Virus record (IMG/VR): IMGVR_UViG_3300050509_000221
Location: 18,664-82,663 of that record
Length of the DNA stretch: 64,000 nt
Strand: one strand, 5' to 3'
Source: a virus
Taxonomy: Duplodnaviria; Caudoviricetes
The position numbers were made by a program, and so were the translations under genes. Shown here one piece after another: positions 16,697 through 26,589 of this stretch; position 1 is the stretch's first letter, and the number at the start of each line of letters is the position of its first letter. Under the pieces are notes generated by a model. It saw only the letters and a program-made list of their open reading frames with translations. It was not told the DNA's origin and did not search any database.

Positions 16697-18436
16697 TCAA
16701 ACGCTCAGGGACTCCAACTCGGCGGTGGGGCCTGTCGTGTACGGCTCGTAGGACTCTTCGATCGTGCAGGTGCAGCCGTCGTGGTCGCCAGGCTGGTACA
16801 CGTCGACATACGGGAAGGCGGCGGGGTCCGCGGCGAGTTCGTCGGGTTGGGTGTCGACCCAGGTGACACCGTCGAGGGCTTGGTGTGGCTCGAACGTCCG
16901 GGCCGGGTCGCCATGGACCCATGTGGACCTGACGATCACGGGGACGTTCGTGTCGGTGAGGAGCTGCCCGGCGAGGGTGGTGCCGGGTTCGACGCGTGGG
17001 ATGGGTGTCGTGGGAACGGGACCGGGGCCGGTTTCGGCACGGAGAGGCGCGGTCGCGTTGGTGGCGCCGAGTGCCCATGTGGAACGCACGAGCGAGAACG
17101 GCACGGGCCCCGCCTGCTCCCCGAGTGCATCACCCGCGATGTCGCCGGCGAGGCGGGCACGGGCGAGAAGCGCGACACCGGCGGCGAGGAACCCGGCTGC
17201 GGTGTGGGCACGTCGGTCGATTTCGTCTTCCCACTGGTCGTCGGGTTCGACGCCAAGCGCGCGGGCCGTGGCGCGCAGCTTGCGGAGTTCGGCGGTGACG
17301 ATCCACCCTTCGGCGGCGAGGGCCAGTTCGTCGAAGCGTTTGTCGAGGAGTTCTTGTTCGGTGACACCCAACGCGGCGACCAGCGCCGGGGGGTACCGGC
17401 CGTCAGCAGCGTTGAGCGCGGCACGTTGCGCGTTGTTGCGGGCCTTCTGGTTGAGCTTCACGGTCGCGGCGCGGACTGCTTCGGCGAGGGCGACTTGGGC
17501 GGCGGCGTGGAGTTTGACGCGGAGGCGTTGGTCGGTCTGGTTGAGGGTGCGGGACAAGCCGGCGAGCCGGTCGCTCTCGACTCGTGCGAGCGCCGCGGTG
17601 ACGGGTTGGGTCCACGGGTCTGCGTGCTGGCGGTTCGTCAGCGGATAGAACGCCGAGCTGTCACCCCACACCAACGCGACCTGATCGGCGGTCCACTCGA
17701 CCGGGGCCGGAAGCGGGCCGGGTTCCATCCCTGCGGGGAGTGCATCGGCGGGCCAGTACCCGAGCGTGAGGTGGGGATGGAACGCGAACCGGTCGGAGTG
17801 TTCGATGTCGCCGAGTGCTTGGCGGAGCCGCTCACGGAGGTCATACACGGCGGGGGCACCGGTGACGAGCACCACAGGGCTGATGCCATCCTCGTTGGCC
17901 GGGAACACGTCGAGGTGCGTGAAGGACAGCGCGACGGGTTCCATCGTTGGCGTCACCGCCCGTAGCCTGTCCGCGATGCGGACGTGTTCGGCTGGTGCGA
18001 GGTCGTCGCTCTTCCCGAGGAAGAAGAGGGTGACGTGCATGTTGTCGGCCGGTTCGCCGTCCGACACGGCGAGCCGTTCCGCGATCGAAGACGGGCAAGT
18101 GAGCGCGACCATCGCGCCTGCGCCTTCCATGCCGGACACGGCGGCGACCTCGACGTCAGCTTCGTACGGTTGGATCTGGTCGACCCACACGCGGGCCGGA
18201 CGGCCGCCGTAGAGACCGGCGAGCATCGTGGACGCGTCGCCTTTCACTTCGTCGGGGTGGTCGCGATGCCAGGCGTGGAGCTCGTCGAGTTCGTGGCCGG
18301 TGACGACCCCGGTCGTGAGCGCGGTTGCGATGGTGACGCCGCGGGCGGTGCCACCCTGGCCGCGTTCGGCTCGGGTGTGGAGCGCCGCGCGGGCGGTGCG
18401 GGCGACGTCTTCGGGGACAGCGAGAAGGTCGGTCAC
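16697..18436 (-). CDS. Head-module fusion protein containing a 2H phosphoesterase domain
   Basis: Two HxT motifs (HVTL at 18035, HLTL at 17771); an N-terminal GQGGT-containing domain; a C-terminal GDHDGCTC motif like MuF/minor head proteins. Confidence 0.75.
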   Translation of the reverse strand: MTDLLAVPEDVARTARAALHTRAERGQGGTARGVTIATALTTGVVTGHELDELHAWHRDHPDEVKGDASTMLAGLYGGRPARVWVDQIQPYEADVEVAAVSGMEGAGAMVALTCPSSIAERLAVSDGEPADNMHVTLFFLGKSDDLAPAEHVRIADRLRAVTPTMEPVALSFTHLDVFPANEDGISPVVLVTGAPAVYDLRERLRQALGDIEHSDRFAFHPHLTLGYWPADALPAGMEPGPLPAPVEWTADQVALVWGDSSAFYPLTNRQHADPWTQPVTAALARVESDRLAGLSRTLNQTDQRLRVKLHAAAQVALAEAVRAATVKLNQKARNNAQRAALNAADGRYPPALVAALGVTEQELLDKRFDELALAAEGWIVTAELRKLRATARALGVEPDDQWEDEIDRRAHTAAGFLAAGVALLARARLAGDIAGDALGEQAGPVPFSLVRSTWALGATNATAPLRAETGPGPVPTTPIPRVEPGTTLAGQLLTDTNVPVIVRSTWVHGDPARTFEPHQALDGVTWVDTQPDELAADPAAFPYVDVYQPGDHDGCTCTIEESYEPYTTGPTAELESLSV

Positions 18437-18750
18437 GGCAGGGCGAGGGCGGATGGCTTCACGTCCCACCGCTTTTCTTCTGAGCCGCCGGGGCCGGTGA
18501 ACTCCACGTGCGCGGCCCACTTGCCTGAGGTGGTTGAGGTGATCGCGATGTGGAAGAGGCCGGTGTCGTCGCGGACAAGTTCGGGGTCGGTGCCGTAGGT
18601 CTTCAACGTGCCGGCGGTGCCTTCGGGGCCGTACCGGACGGTGAGGGTGTCCGGGTCCACCAGTTCAGGAGTGTCGAGTGACGCGCCGGTGTCAGGGTCG
18701 GTGAGTCGTTGGACACGGATGCGGAGCACGTGTTCGACGCCGGGGAACAT
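18433..18750 (-). CDS. BppU-like Ig-fold virion protein
   Basis: Beta-rich pattern LVRDDTGLFHIAIT...GKWAAHVEFTG. Confidence 0.5.
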   Translation of the reverse strand: MFPGVEHVLRIRVQRLTDPDTGASLDTPELVDPDTLTVRYGPEGTAGTLKTYGTDPELVRDDTGLFHIAITSTTSGKWAAHVEFTGPGGSEEKRWDVKPSALALP

Positions 18751-18776
18751 CAGCGGTGTGTCCTCTCGGGGGCCAT

Positions 18777-20150
18777 CTAACAGCACGTCTCCAGGTCGAG
18801 GTCAACGCGGACGGTAGCGACGAGACGGAGTCCTGCGGCGGTTTCGCATGCGAGCGCGAGAGAGCTGAGCGTGTCGTCGTGTTGTTCGATGACGACGAGG
18901 GTGGGGCAGGCGAGTTGGAGAGCCGCGAGCGCGGTGGGGGTTAGCGCGAGCGTGACGCACGCGTCACCGCCAGCGGGCGCAACGATGGTGACGGTCTCAG
19001 TTTCGGTGACGACCGCGGCGGCGTCGGCGTCGGTGAGTGTTGCGAGGATGTCCGCGAGGTCGTCAACCGCGATGCCTGCGTCGGTGTCTGTGACAGCGAC
19101 GGTCACTTGCTCGAGGTCGTCGCTTGTGCCCTGGTCGGTGTCGACAAGTTGGGCGGCGGCCGCTTCGGCTTCTGTCGTTGTGGCTGCCTCGCTGTCTGTC
19201 AGAGCTGCGGCGATGGCAGCTTCGAGGTCACTCGCTGTTCCGGTGTCGTTGTCCGCGACGGGAACCGCGAGGAGTTCCCCTTCGCCGCCGGTGCCGGTGT
19301 CGTCCGCGCCGGTGAGCACGATGGCCGTCTCGGCCTCGACGCCTACGGCTGCGTCGTCGCCCGCGATCGTTGCGGTCATGGTTTCGCCCGCGTCGGCTGC
19401 GGTGGCAACGTCGGAGTCAGTAAGAGCGACGCCTGCTTCGGCGTCGGCGGCAGTGGCGGTGTCGCCGTCGGACTTCTGGACGTTGGTGCCGTCGAGCTCG
19501 AGCGCGATGCCGAGGAGCCGGTCGTTCGCGGCACTGACCGTCGCGTCGATGCTCGTGTCGTTCGCTGTGCGCCACTCGAACCCGATGCGGATGGAGTCGC
19601 TGCGGTTCGCGATGGTCTGTGAGAACTCGCCGATCATCGTGAACCCGGAGCCCGCGGTGAGGTCGAGCGCACCACCCGCGTTGTCGTACGACCCGAAGAA
19701 CGCGACGGTGCCATTCGCTGCGTTCGCGAACGCTGCGAGAGTCACGGTGAGACTGTCGGCCGCGGTCTGGCCGACGGCCTTCTGCACCACGCCGTTGTTC
19801 GTCGTCGGGTTCACCCCGGCGACTTCCACGACACACCACGCCGCGCCTTCGACGGTGCCCGCACCGGTGATGCCACTGAACGTCAACGCGCCCGGCGTCA
19901 CGGACGCAGGGTCGGCCCACGCGCGGAACGCCACGAGGAACGGGTCGGTGTTGGCGCTGCCTATCACGTCGATCTGTGTCCACGTCAAGCCACACCCGGC
20001 CAGCGTGGGGACCGCCACGTCACCATTCCGCGCGACCTCAATCCCGACGAGGATGGTCGTGCCAGGCGTGGGGCTGATCGACGCGGTCGCGTAACTCGAC
20101 GCGTCGGCGTCGGAACCGTCCGCGGTGAGAACGGTCGGGCTGATCGCCAC
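18777..20150 (-). CDS. Virion surface/fibre-like protein
   Basis: Beta-rich N-terminal domain followed by acidic DxDT[A/G]T repeats. Confidence 0.55.
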   Translation of the reverse strand: MAISPTVLTADGSDADASSYATASISPTPGTTILVGIEVARNGDVAVPTLAGCGLTWTQIDVIGSANTDPFLVAFRAWADPASVTPGALTFSGITGAGTVEGAAWCVVEVAGVNPTTNNGVVQKAVGQTAADSLTVTLAAFANAANGTVAFFGSYDNAGGALDLTAGSGFTMIGEFSQTIANRSDSIRIGFEWRTANDTSIDATVSAANDRLLGIALELDGTNVQKSDGDTATAADAEAGVALTDSDVATAADAGETMTATIAGDDAAVGVEAETAIVLTGADDTGTGGEGELLAVPVADNDTGTASDLEAAIAAALTDSEAATTTEAEAAAAQLVDTDQGTSDDLEQVTVAVTDTDAGIAVDDLADILATLTDADAAAVVTETETVTIVAPAGGDACVTLALTPTALAALQLACPTLVVIEQHDDTLSSLALACETAAGLRLVATVRVDLDLETCC

Positions 20151-20157
20151 TGGCGTC

Positions 20158-20808
20158 TCAGGTGATCGTGATAGTGACCGTCAACGTCCACGCCGCAGCG
20201 GACGTCTTCGTGCCAAGCGACGTGACCTTCCGATTGATGAGCCCTGGGGTGGTGTTCCCCTCGGAGGTGACGGTCGTGCCGTCCGCGGTGCCGCCATCGA
20301 TGCCCCACTCCGACCATGCGAAGTTGGCGTCGCCGGTCTCGAACGTCGCGACGAACGTGAGGACACCCGACGACGCGCCCGTCCCAACCGCGGGTGCGGA
20401 GTCGACGAGCTCGAACTGCCGGTTGCCGGACCCCGCCGCGGCGGAGAGATCGGTGTCGGTGTTCGCGAACGCGGTGGAGCCGTTCCCGACCCCGATGCGG
20501 CAGTGTGTCGCGTCGAGCGCCTGATTCGACGCGGTGCCGGCGAGGCGGTCCATGATGCGGCGGAGGCCTTGACGGGTGAGCGCGTTGCCGACGTCCTCCA
20601 CGACTTCGTGCGGGACGAACGTCTCGTGGAGGGCCTGCGAGAGCGGGATCTGCCGCTTGACCGCGATGACCTTCGCGGCGGCTTCCTGCTCCGCGGTGAA
20701 CTTCCTGACGGTGATGCGCGGCTTCCACAACGCCGAGTCGGCGTCGCGCAGCAGCGCGTACACCTGCTCGAGGTCGAGACCTTCGGCGGTGTCGGTGTCC
20801 GTGGTCAT
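20158..20808 (-). CDS. Virion structural protein
   Basis: IGVGNGSTA...DTDL...ATFETGDANFAWSEWGI...LINRKV, a common phage structural family. Confidence 0.6.
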   Translation of the reverse strand: MTTDTDTAEGLDLEQVYALLRDADSALWKPRITVRKFTAEQEAAAKVIAVKRQIPLSQALHETFVPHEVVEDVGNALTRQGLRRIMDRLAGTASNQALDATHCRIGVGNGSTAFANTDTDLSAAAGSGNRQFELVDSAPAVGTGASSGVLTFVATFETGDANFAWSEWGIDGGTADGTTVTSEGNTTPGLINRKVTSLGTKTSAAAWTLTVTITIT

Positions 20809-21140
20809 GCGGGCTCCTCGAACGGCGGGGGCGCGTCGGGAACGCGTGTCGGGTCGTACGGCACCGGTAGTGGTGCAGGGCGACCGATCACCAAGCCGTC
20901 GAGCGCGTCGGCGTCGCGGTCCTGTTCCCACAAGACGTACTCACCCTGGTCGTCGGCGGCGAGGATCGTGACGTGTGTGATGCGCGCCTCGGGCAGGGAC
21001 CGGATGTAGTCCTTCGCCGCGTCGAGGGTGCCGAAGTCGTAGACCTTGTCTTCCCACACGTCGTCAGGTTCGCCGTCTAACCAACCCTTGAGGGGGTTCC
21101 CGGCGACGCAGGCGATGAGGCTGACTGTGACGGCGTCCAT
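20805..21140 (-). CDS. Hypothetical protein
   Basis: Coupled ORF between the portal and structural genes. Confidence 0.5.
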   Translation of the reverse strand: MDAVTVSLIACVAGNPLKGWLDGEPDDVWEDKVYDFGTLDAAKDYIRSLPEARITHVTILAADDQGEYVLWEQDRDADALDGLVIGRPAPLPVPYDPTRVPDAPPPFEEPA

Positions 21141-21181
21141 CGGCAGGCAGTTTGGCGACGGGTCTGCGACTGCTCAGGGAC

Positions 21182-22642
21182 TCAGTCGAGCCAGCCGGTC
21201 AACTCGCCCGGGAACGGCCCCAACGGGACCGTCTCACGCACACGTGACCGTGCATCGAGAGACCCCGCGACCGGCTGGCCGGGCAACACGCGGGGCGACG
21301 ACCCATCGACTGGTTGGCCGTCGCGGCGGCGGGCGATGACTGCCATGCGTTGCACCCACCGTTCCAGCTCGGCCGTGTCGGGTGCCTGCGCGACATCGAA
21401 GCCGGTGACGTCAAGCAACGCCCGGTCGGAGATCACCCCCAGGTTGTACAGCTCGATCGCGAGTTGCGACTGGTTCGGATGCACCACCACCGGTGACATG
21501 TCGAACCCGACGCGGTACCGGTCAGGGTCACCATCCCAGACGCCACGCCGGCGCAACACTTCGAGGCCGGGACGCAGGAACGAACGGGTGAGGTCACCCC
21601 AGCAGACCCGTTCGAGCGCGGGGGCGAGGGCGTTCTTCGCGAACTGTTCCTCGAGGAGCCAGTCGGCCCAGTGGTTGCCGTCACCGACACCGGCGACGAG
21701 GAGTCGTTGTGGGTAGTCGAGGCCCCGGCCGATCGCTTCGAGAGCTTCGTTACGCCAGGGGATGGCCTGCGCGTCGAACGGTTGTGACAGGTCAACCACT
21801 TCGGGCTTGCCGTACGAGTGCTTCCAACGCCACATCATCGGCGTGATCGACTCGACTGCGTCGTCGTCGGAGAACATGCGTTGCGCAGCGGCGTAGTAGT
21901 CCCGTTCGAGTTCGGTGCCGGGACCATGGCCTGTGGGATCCTGCGCGGCGCGAGCAAGGTGAGTGTGGGCTTCGTCGGGTGTCCACACAACCTTGCTCAT
22001 CCCGAGCGCACTGTCAGCGGTGCGGGCCATGCGTCGTTGCAACGACCAGTACCGCTCACAGTCAGGCAGCACCGCCTTGAGGGACGACACCGACCGGCCG
22101 TTCCACGTCTCGTCAGGGATCCACAGGCGAGCAACCTGCGCGTAGGTGAGCTCGCGGGCAGTGCCGTCACGGACGGTGCCGCCGGGGACGTCACGGATGA
22201 TGACCCGGTCGTTCTTCCATTCGACCGCACGAGGGGAGTGTATCCCGAACGACAGGCGGCCGTTCACCGCGACATGGGTTTGGAGGGCTTCGCCGAGTAC
22301 CTCGTAATGCCACAGGTGCAGACGGACCAGCTCGCGTTGGTCTTGAGTCTCGCCCCGGTATTGGCGGAGGAGGTCTTGGGGGGCGAGTTCGCGGGTGACG
22401 GGTTCCCATTCGTCGGAGCGTGGGTCGGTGAGTTTCTCGACGATCAGGTCGCATCGTGACCCCGAGTTGGCTTTGAGGCCGGCTGCGAAGCGGATGACGC
22501 CGAGGTTCTCGGAGAAGTGTGTGGCGCGTTCCCACCAGTGCTGCTTGACGGACCGGGATGTGCGCGCCCAGGTCGGGTCGATCGGGGTGGTTGCGGCGAC
22601 ACGCACGTCGGGGGTGCGTCGGAACCAGTCGCGTATGCCCAT
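21182..22642 (-). CDS. Portal protein, module A
   Basis: 486 aa after TerL; GDGNHWADW motif of the cluster-B-like portal family. Confidence 0.8.
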   Translation of the reverse strand: MGIRDWFRRTPDVRVAATTPIDPTWARTSRSVKQHWWERATHFSENLGVIRFAAGLKANSGSRCDLIVEKLTDPRSDEWEPVTRELAPQDLLRQYRGETQDQRELVRLHLWHYEVLGEALQTHVAVNGRLSFGIHSPRAVEWKNDRVIIRDVPGGTVRDGTARELTYAQVARLWIPDETWNGRSVSSLKAVLPDCERYWSLQRRMARTADSALGMSKVVWTPDEAHTHLARAAQDPTGHGPGTELERDYYAAAQRMFSDDDAVESITPMMWRWKHSYGKPEVVDLSQPFDAQAIPWRNEALEAIGRGLDYPQRLLVAGVGDGNHWADWLLEEQFAKNALAPALERVCWGDLTRSFLRPGLEVLRRRGVWDGDPDRYRVGFDMSPVVVHPNQSQLAIELYNLGVISDRALLDVTGFDVAQAPDTAELERWVQRMAVIARRRDGQPVDGSSPRVLPGQPVAGSLDARSRVRETVPLGPFPGELTGWLD

Positions 22643-23076
22643 CAGCGTCGCCGTTGCTTGCGGCGCTGCGCCCGGTTCGGGCGGACGGGCACGACATGGT
22701 CACCGTCGCGGACCATCGTGAACTCGTCCGCGGTGATTGGGGTTGTGTCCGGGTTGCCACGGAAGGTGGTGATGGTGTCGGCTTGGCGTTCGGTTGCGAC
22801 CTGTTCGTACTCGGCGTTGGTGACTTCGCGGAGGGTGCCGTCGCGGATCTCGAACCCGAGGCGGGTGAGTGCGTCGTAGGTGCCGACGTAGAACTCGGCG
22901 GGGTCGAGGGCACGGCCGAGGGGCGGCCAGTCGAACTGGACCCAGGCGGGGACGCCAGCACAGGTGATGGGTTCGACGTCGAGGGTCGCGAGGTAGGAGC
23001 GGCCGTCGTAGGACCGGGCACCCCACACGACGGGGACGGTGTCGCGGGGCACGCGAGGCACGGAGGCGATCGTCAT
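22642..23076 (-). CDS. Hypothetical protein
   Basis: Coupled ORF ending in NRAQRRKQRRR. Confidence 0.5.
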   Translation of the reverse strand: MTIASVPRVPRDTVPVVWGARSYDGRSYLATLDVEPITCAGVPAWVQFDWPPLGRALDPAEFYVGTYDALTRLGFEIRDGTLREVTNAEYEQVATERQADTITTFRGNPDTTPITADEFTMVRDGDHVVPVRPNRAQRRKQRRR

Positions 23077-23345
23077 CGGGTGCGTTCCGCTGCGGGGACG
23101 TTGACGCCGTAGCCCATGAACGACACGGTGATGTCCGACATGACGCGCGTGGTCGTTCCAGTGCTGTTCGTGTGCAGCACTCGTCGAACCCGGAGCGCCT
23201 CGGCGTGGATCGGTGTTACTCCGCCGCATCGGGAACGCCGCAGCTCGTGGGCCTTGGCGCGCAACGCCACCGCCTCAGGAGCCGGACACGCAGGGTCAGC
23301 AGCCTTGCGTTCCAACGCTTCGATCGTGCGACGCCAGTCCCTCAC
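23073..23345 (-). CDS. DUF2786-like small protein
   Basis: IEALERKAADP...EAVALRAKAHELRR; GTGA and ATGA overlaps. Confidence 0.45.
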   Translation of the reverse strand: MRDWRRTIEALERKAADPACPAPEAVALRAKAHELRRSRCGGVTPIHAEALRVRRVLHTNSTGTTTRVMSDITVSFMGYGVNVPAAERTR

Positions 23346-23683
23346 CGTGCCGGCCCGACGTCGAGACGGGCGCACAGCGCAGCACCACCCGCGACCGCGA
23401 CCGCTGCGATCGGCCCGTGAGACCAGGCCCACCATGACCACGCCGCGTAGGTACCGAGGGCGAGCCACCAGCCTGCGCAGAACGGACATGACAGCAGCCC
23501 GTAGATCCACGCCCAGCCGCGTGACTTCCGGTCCGCGCTATCGGGGTAGTCGGCGACGCCGTGGTAGGCGTGGTCCCAGACGTGGGCGCGGAGCGGCGCG
23601 GTGATGGTGTCGATCGTGACGACGCGTGCGAGTCGGTACGCGCAGAGGGCGCAGACGAGCACGGTGAGGATCAGGTTCGTCAC
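23342..23683 (-). CDS. DUF1360-like membrane protein
   Basis: YRLARVVTIDTITAPLR...LLSCPFCAGWW. Confidence 0.7.
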   Translation of the reverse strand: MTNLILTVLVCALCAYRLARVVTIDTITAPLRAHVWDHAYHGVADYPDSADRKSRGWAWIYGLLSCPFCAGWWLALGTYAAWSWWAWSHGPIAAVAVAGGAALCARLDVGPAR

Positions 23684-23958
23684 TCGACAACCGCGTCGAC
23701 CGTCTCGGCCGTGCCGGCGAGGGGGTCGGGCCAGGCGTCATCGTCACCGATCGGGCCAGCGGGGACATCGACACGCACCAGGAACCCGGCCGCGATCTCC
23801 CCCGCCCATTCCTCGATCTGCAACCGGTCGAGAACGATCGTGTCACCCGGCTTGAGGCCGTTGTGGTGGACCTGCGATTCGTACGTCGGCACGCGCGCGA
23901 CCTCCCCGGGTTGACCTTGCGTGAGGGTACGAACCGGTCGTGTCCCCCTCAGGGACAC
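23680..23958 (-). CDS. Hypothetical protein
   Basis: Coupled ORF after TerL. Confidence 0.5.
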   Translation of the reverse strand: MSLRGTRPVRTLTQGQPGEVARVPTYESQVHHNGLKPGDTIVLDRLQIEEWAGEIAAGFLVRVDVPAGPIGDDDAWPDPLAGTAETVDAVVE

Positions 23959-23961
23959 GCG

Positions 23962-26589
23962 TCAACGACGCAACGACCCCGCGGCTGCTCCCGCCGCCGC
24001 GCTGATCCCACCCGACGTTGCGCCTTCTTGGCGGATCCAGTTGAACCCATGCGCGCCCGCGTCGACTTGGTCGTCATGGTCCCCGAGGGGGAACCCCTCC
24101 AACTCGGCGAGGAACACCCGGCTCCCCGACCGGTGCCCGTCGCGGTCCGGTGCCTGCTCGACGATCGTGACGAGACCGTTTTCCATCGCGGATGCCATCC
24201 CCGCCGCCCGGTCTTCTTTCGTGCCGATCGGGGAGACCTTCGTCGCACGGAACCCGGCGAACACCTCGCGTACGAGCCGGTCGGCTTCGTCGCGGCCCAG
24301 GTCCCCCGGGCGGCGCTCCACAAGGTGAGTCACCGCGTCGATGCCGCCGCATTCGTCGGCGTCAGCGCGGGCGGTGGCACGCATGATGTTGTCGCGGGTG
24401 CCTGCGGCGTGACGGAACCGGACGATGTCCTCGATGCGGTACCGGTGCGTGTCGGGGTCGTAGGCCCATCGGACACCGACGGTCCAGTCCGGGTCGTTCT
24501 TCCCGTCGAACTCGGTGCCGGCCTGGTCCCACGCCCGGCACCGTTTCACCGTCGGCTCATACGACATCGGGCCGTCCGTCCAGTGGTCCTTCATCCAGTC
24601 CCACGCGGCGAACTTCCCACCAGAGCGGAGCTCCACCTGATGTTGCGCCTCGATGAGGAACGCGGTGCGGCCCCACAGCTTGATCTGCTGGCGGATCTGA
24701 TCGGGCCCCTGACCGTCCCAGACGATGTCACCCTCGAGGTACGTGTCGAGGCCGTCGTTGTCCTTCCCGAGCACCAGGCCCCGCACCGCGGGGACCGGGC
24801 CGTCGCCCCACATGACACGATCCTGGAGGAAATCGGCTGACTGTTCCGCGAGGCCCGCGATGCGAGCAAAGACACCGTTGGGGAGAACGAGGTTCTGCAC
24901 GGCAAGGACCGTGCCGTTCGGTGCCAGCGCGGGGAGGAACGTGCGGGTGAGTTGGTCGATCTTGCGGGCCGTGACTTTCGGGCTGTCGTTGGCGTCGTCG
25001 ATGTCGTCGAACACGATGAGGTCGGGGCGTTCCTCGTCAAGTTTCGCTCCCCGCGCAGCAGAGTCGAGACCGATCGCGTCGACGGTGAACCCGGCCGCGG
25101 AACGAAGTCGTTCGCGTCGCCATCCTCGGGAGCGGCCGAACTTGTTGACGAGTTGCTCGCCGATCTCCGGGTACAGGTCAGCGACCCGGGGCGACTCGAG
25201 AAGTTTCCCGACGTTGCCGACATGGTCTTCGGCTTGGTCTTGGGTGTCGCAGTTGTGCGATCGGGCGAAGTGCGTCCGGTAGTCACCGGTTGATGTGGTG
25301 ATGGACACGAACCGGCGTTCCGTCACCGGGTCGACGGTCTTCACCCGTGACCACAGATGGCCTTCGCCGATCCACACATCGCGGAGCTGGTTGCGATGTT
25401 GGCCTGCCGGAAGTCCCAGTGGGCGGCCGTCGAAGAACCGGAGTGCGTAGCCGGACGCCTCCCTGATGGCGCGTCCGCGGATGTGTCCTCCACCGCGGCG
25501 ATGGGGGCCACTGATCGTGCAGGCAACACCGAGACGAGCAAGCATCCGTCGGACTGCTAGGAGGCCTGGCAGATGCACGCCCGACAGATAGACGCCACGA
25601 GCGCTCACGTATCCGTCGGCGTCCACGTAGCCCCTCAGCAGGGCTGCCTGCTGAGTTGCAGGCAGCCACTCGACCCAGGCTGGCGGCGTCTTCCGACTGT
25701 TGCCGTACTTCCACGTGCGTAGCCAGTCAGCAAGGTCCGGAAGCCAGAACGACACCGAGCTCAGGCGGCCTTGACCGCGCCGCTCACCCCAGCAGACGCC
25801 ACTCCGGTCCAGGAGGCTCAGCAGGCGTCGGCGAACGGCAGGGTGGTCGTCGGACAGTGCGAAGGAAATCTGGCGTCCCTGCGGCCCGCCGAGCGTGCCG
25901 TCACCCCACCAGAGACCGGTCGCCCACCACCACTCGGGGTCCGCGAGGAGCGGACTCGGCCAGGACTCTGGCACCTCGGAAGTGGTGTCGATGGGCAACC
26001 CGAGCCACGTTGAACGGTCCAGGTTATGCGCCTCAACCCACGCAGGTTCTCCCCGAGTGATCTCGACGCGACGCCCGTGGCCGCGGTCGCGGCGCATGAT
26101 CCGACGTGCCCAGTACCGGTGCTCGGCCGTGACTACCTCGCTGCTCGGGAGTCCCACCACACGCACCTCCAGGCCATCACAGCGCCGTTCGGTGGCCGTC
26201 GGGTGCTCGTCCACGGTCATCCAGCCGAAGTCGGGATCGAGAACCTCCGTCCCGGTCTCGTGGCACACGTAGAGGACGTACCTGCGACGGCCTCTGGCGC
26301 CGGCGGCAGCGAGGGCGAGTTCGACTGAGGTTGACTTCGCTCCGCCTCGGGCCCAGATCCCCACGCCGGGCTGTTGCCACCGGTCTAGTTCCAGGGCCCA
26401 GACCCAGTTCCAGAAGTCGATGTGGTGGGGGGCGAAACCGGCGGTGACGTAGCTGGGGAACAGGTAGCGGAGCCAGGCGCCCCAGGATTCCTCGAGTTCG
26501 TCGCGCAAGCACACCATGAGCGCGGTGACGTCCGCGGGGTCGTGTGCCTGGCCGATGGCTTCCCGGTACAGGTCGAGGTCGACGGTCAC
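23962..26589 (-). CDS. terL: Terminase large subunit, module A, with intein
   Basis: Walker A ARGGAKS, Walker B LIVFDDIDD, nuclease motifs RAWDQA and HDDQVDA; interrupted by an intein. Confidence 0.9.
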   Translation of the reverse strand: MTVDLDLYREAIGQAHDPADVTALMVCLRDELEESWGAWLRYLFPSYVTAGFAPHHIDFWNWVWALELDRWQQPGVGIWARGGAKSTSVELALAAAGARGRRRYVLYVCHETGTEVLDPDFGWMTVDEHPTATERRCDGLEVRVVGLPSSEVVTAEHRYWARRIMRRDRGHGRRVEITRGEPAWVEAHNLDRSTWLGLPIDTTSEVPESWPSPLLADPEWWWATGLWWGDGTLGGPQGRQISFALSDDHPAVRRRLLSLLDRSGVCWGERRGQGRLSSVSFWLPDLADWLRTWKYGNSRKTPPAWVEWLPATQQAALLRGYVDADGYVSARGVYLSGVHLPGLLAVRRMLARLGVACTISGPHRRGGGHIRGRAIREASGYALRFFDGRPLGLPAGQHRNQLRDVWIGEGHLWSRVKTVDPVTERRFVSITTSTGDYRTHFARSHNCDTQDQAEDHVGNVGKLLESPRVADLYPEIGEQLVNKFGRSRGWRRERLRSAAGFTVDAIGLDSAARGAKLDEERPDLIVFDDIDDANDSPKVTARKIDQLTRTFLPALAPNGTVLAVQNLVLPNGVFARIAGLAEQSADFLQDRVMWGDGPVPAVRGLVLGKDNDGLDTYLEGDIVWDGQGPDQIRQQIKLWGRTAFLIEAQHQVELRSGGKFAAWDWMKDHWTDGPMSYEPTVKRCRAWDQAGTEFDGKNDPDWTVGVRWAYDPDTHRYRIEDIVRFRHAAGTRDNIMRATARADADECGGIDAVTHLVERRPGDLGRDEADRLVREVFAGFRATKVSPIGTKEDRAAGMASAMENGLVTIVEQAPDRDGHRSGSRVFLAELEGFPLGDHDDQVDAGAHGFNWIRQEGATSGGISAAAGAAAGSLRR
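25252..26265 (-). mobile_element. Intein (338 aa) with LAGLIDADG homing endonuclease
   Basis: Starts C (CHETG) after YVLYV and ends SHN before a +1 Cys (CDTQDQA). Two LAGLIDADG-like helices, WATGLWWGDG and LLRGYVDADG. Confidence 0.9.
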
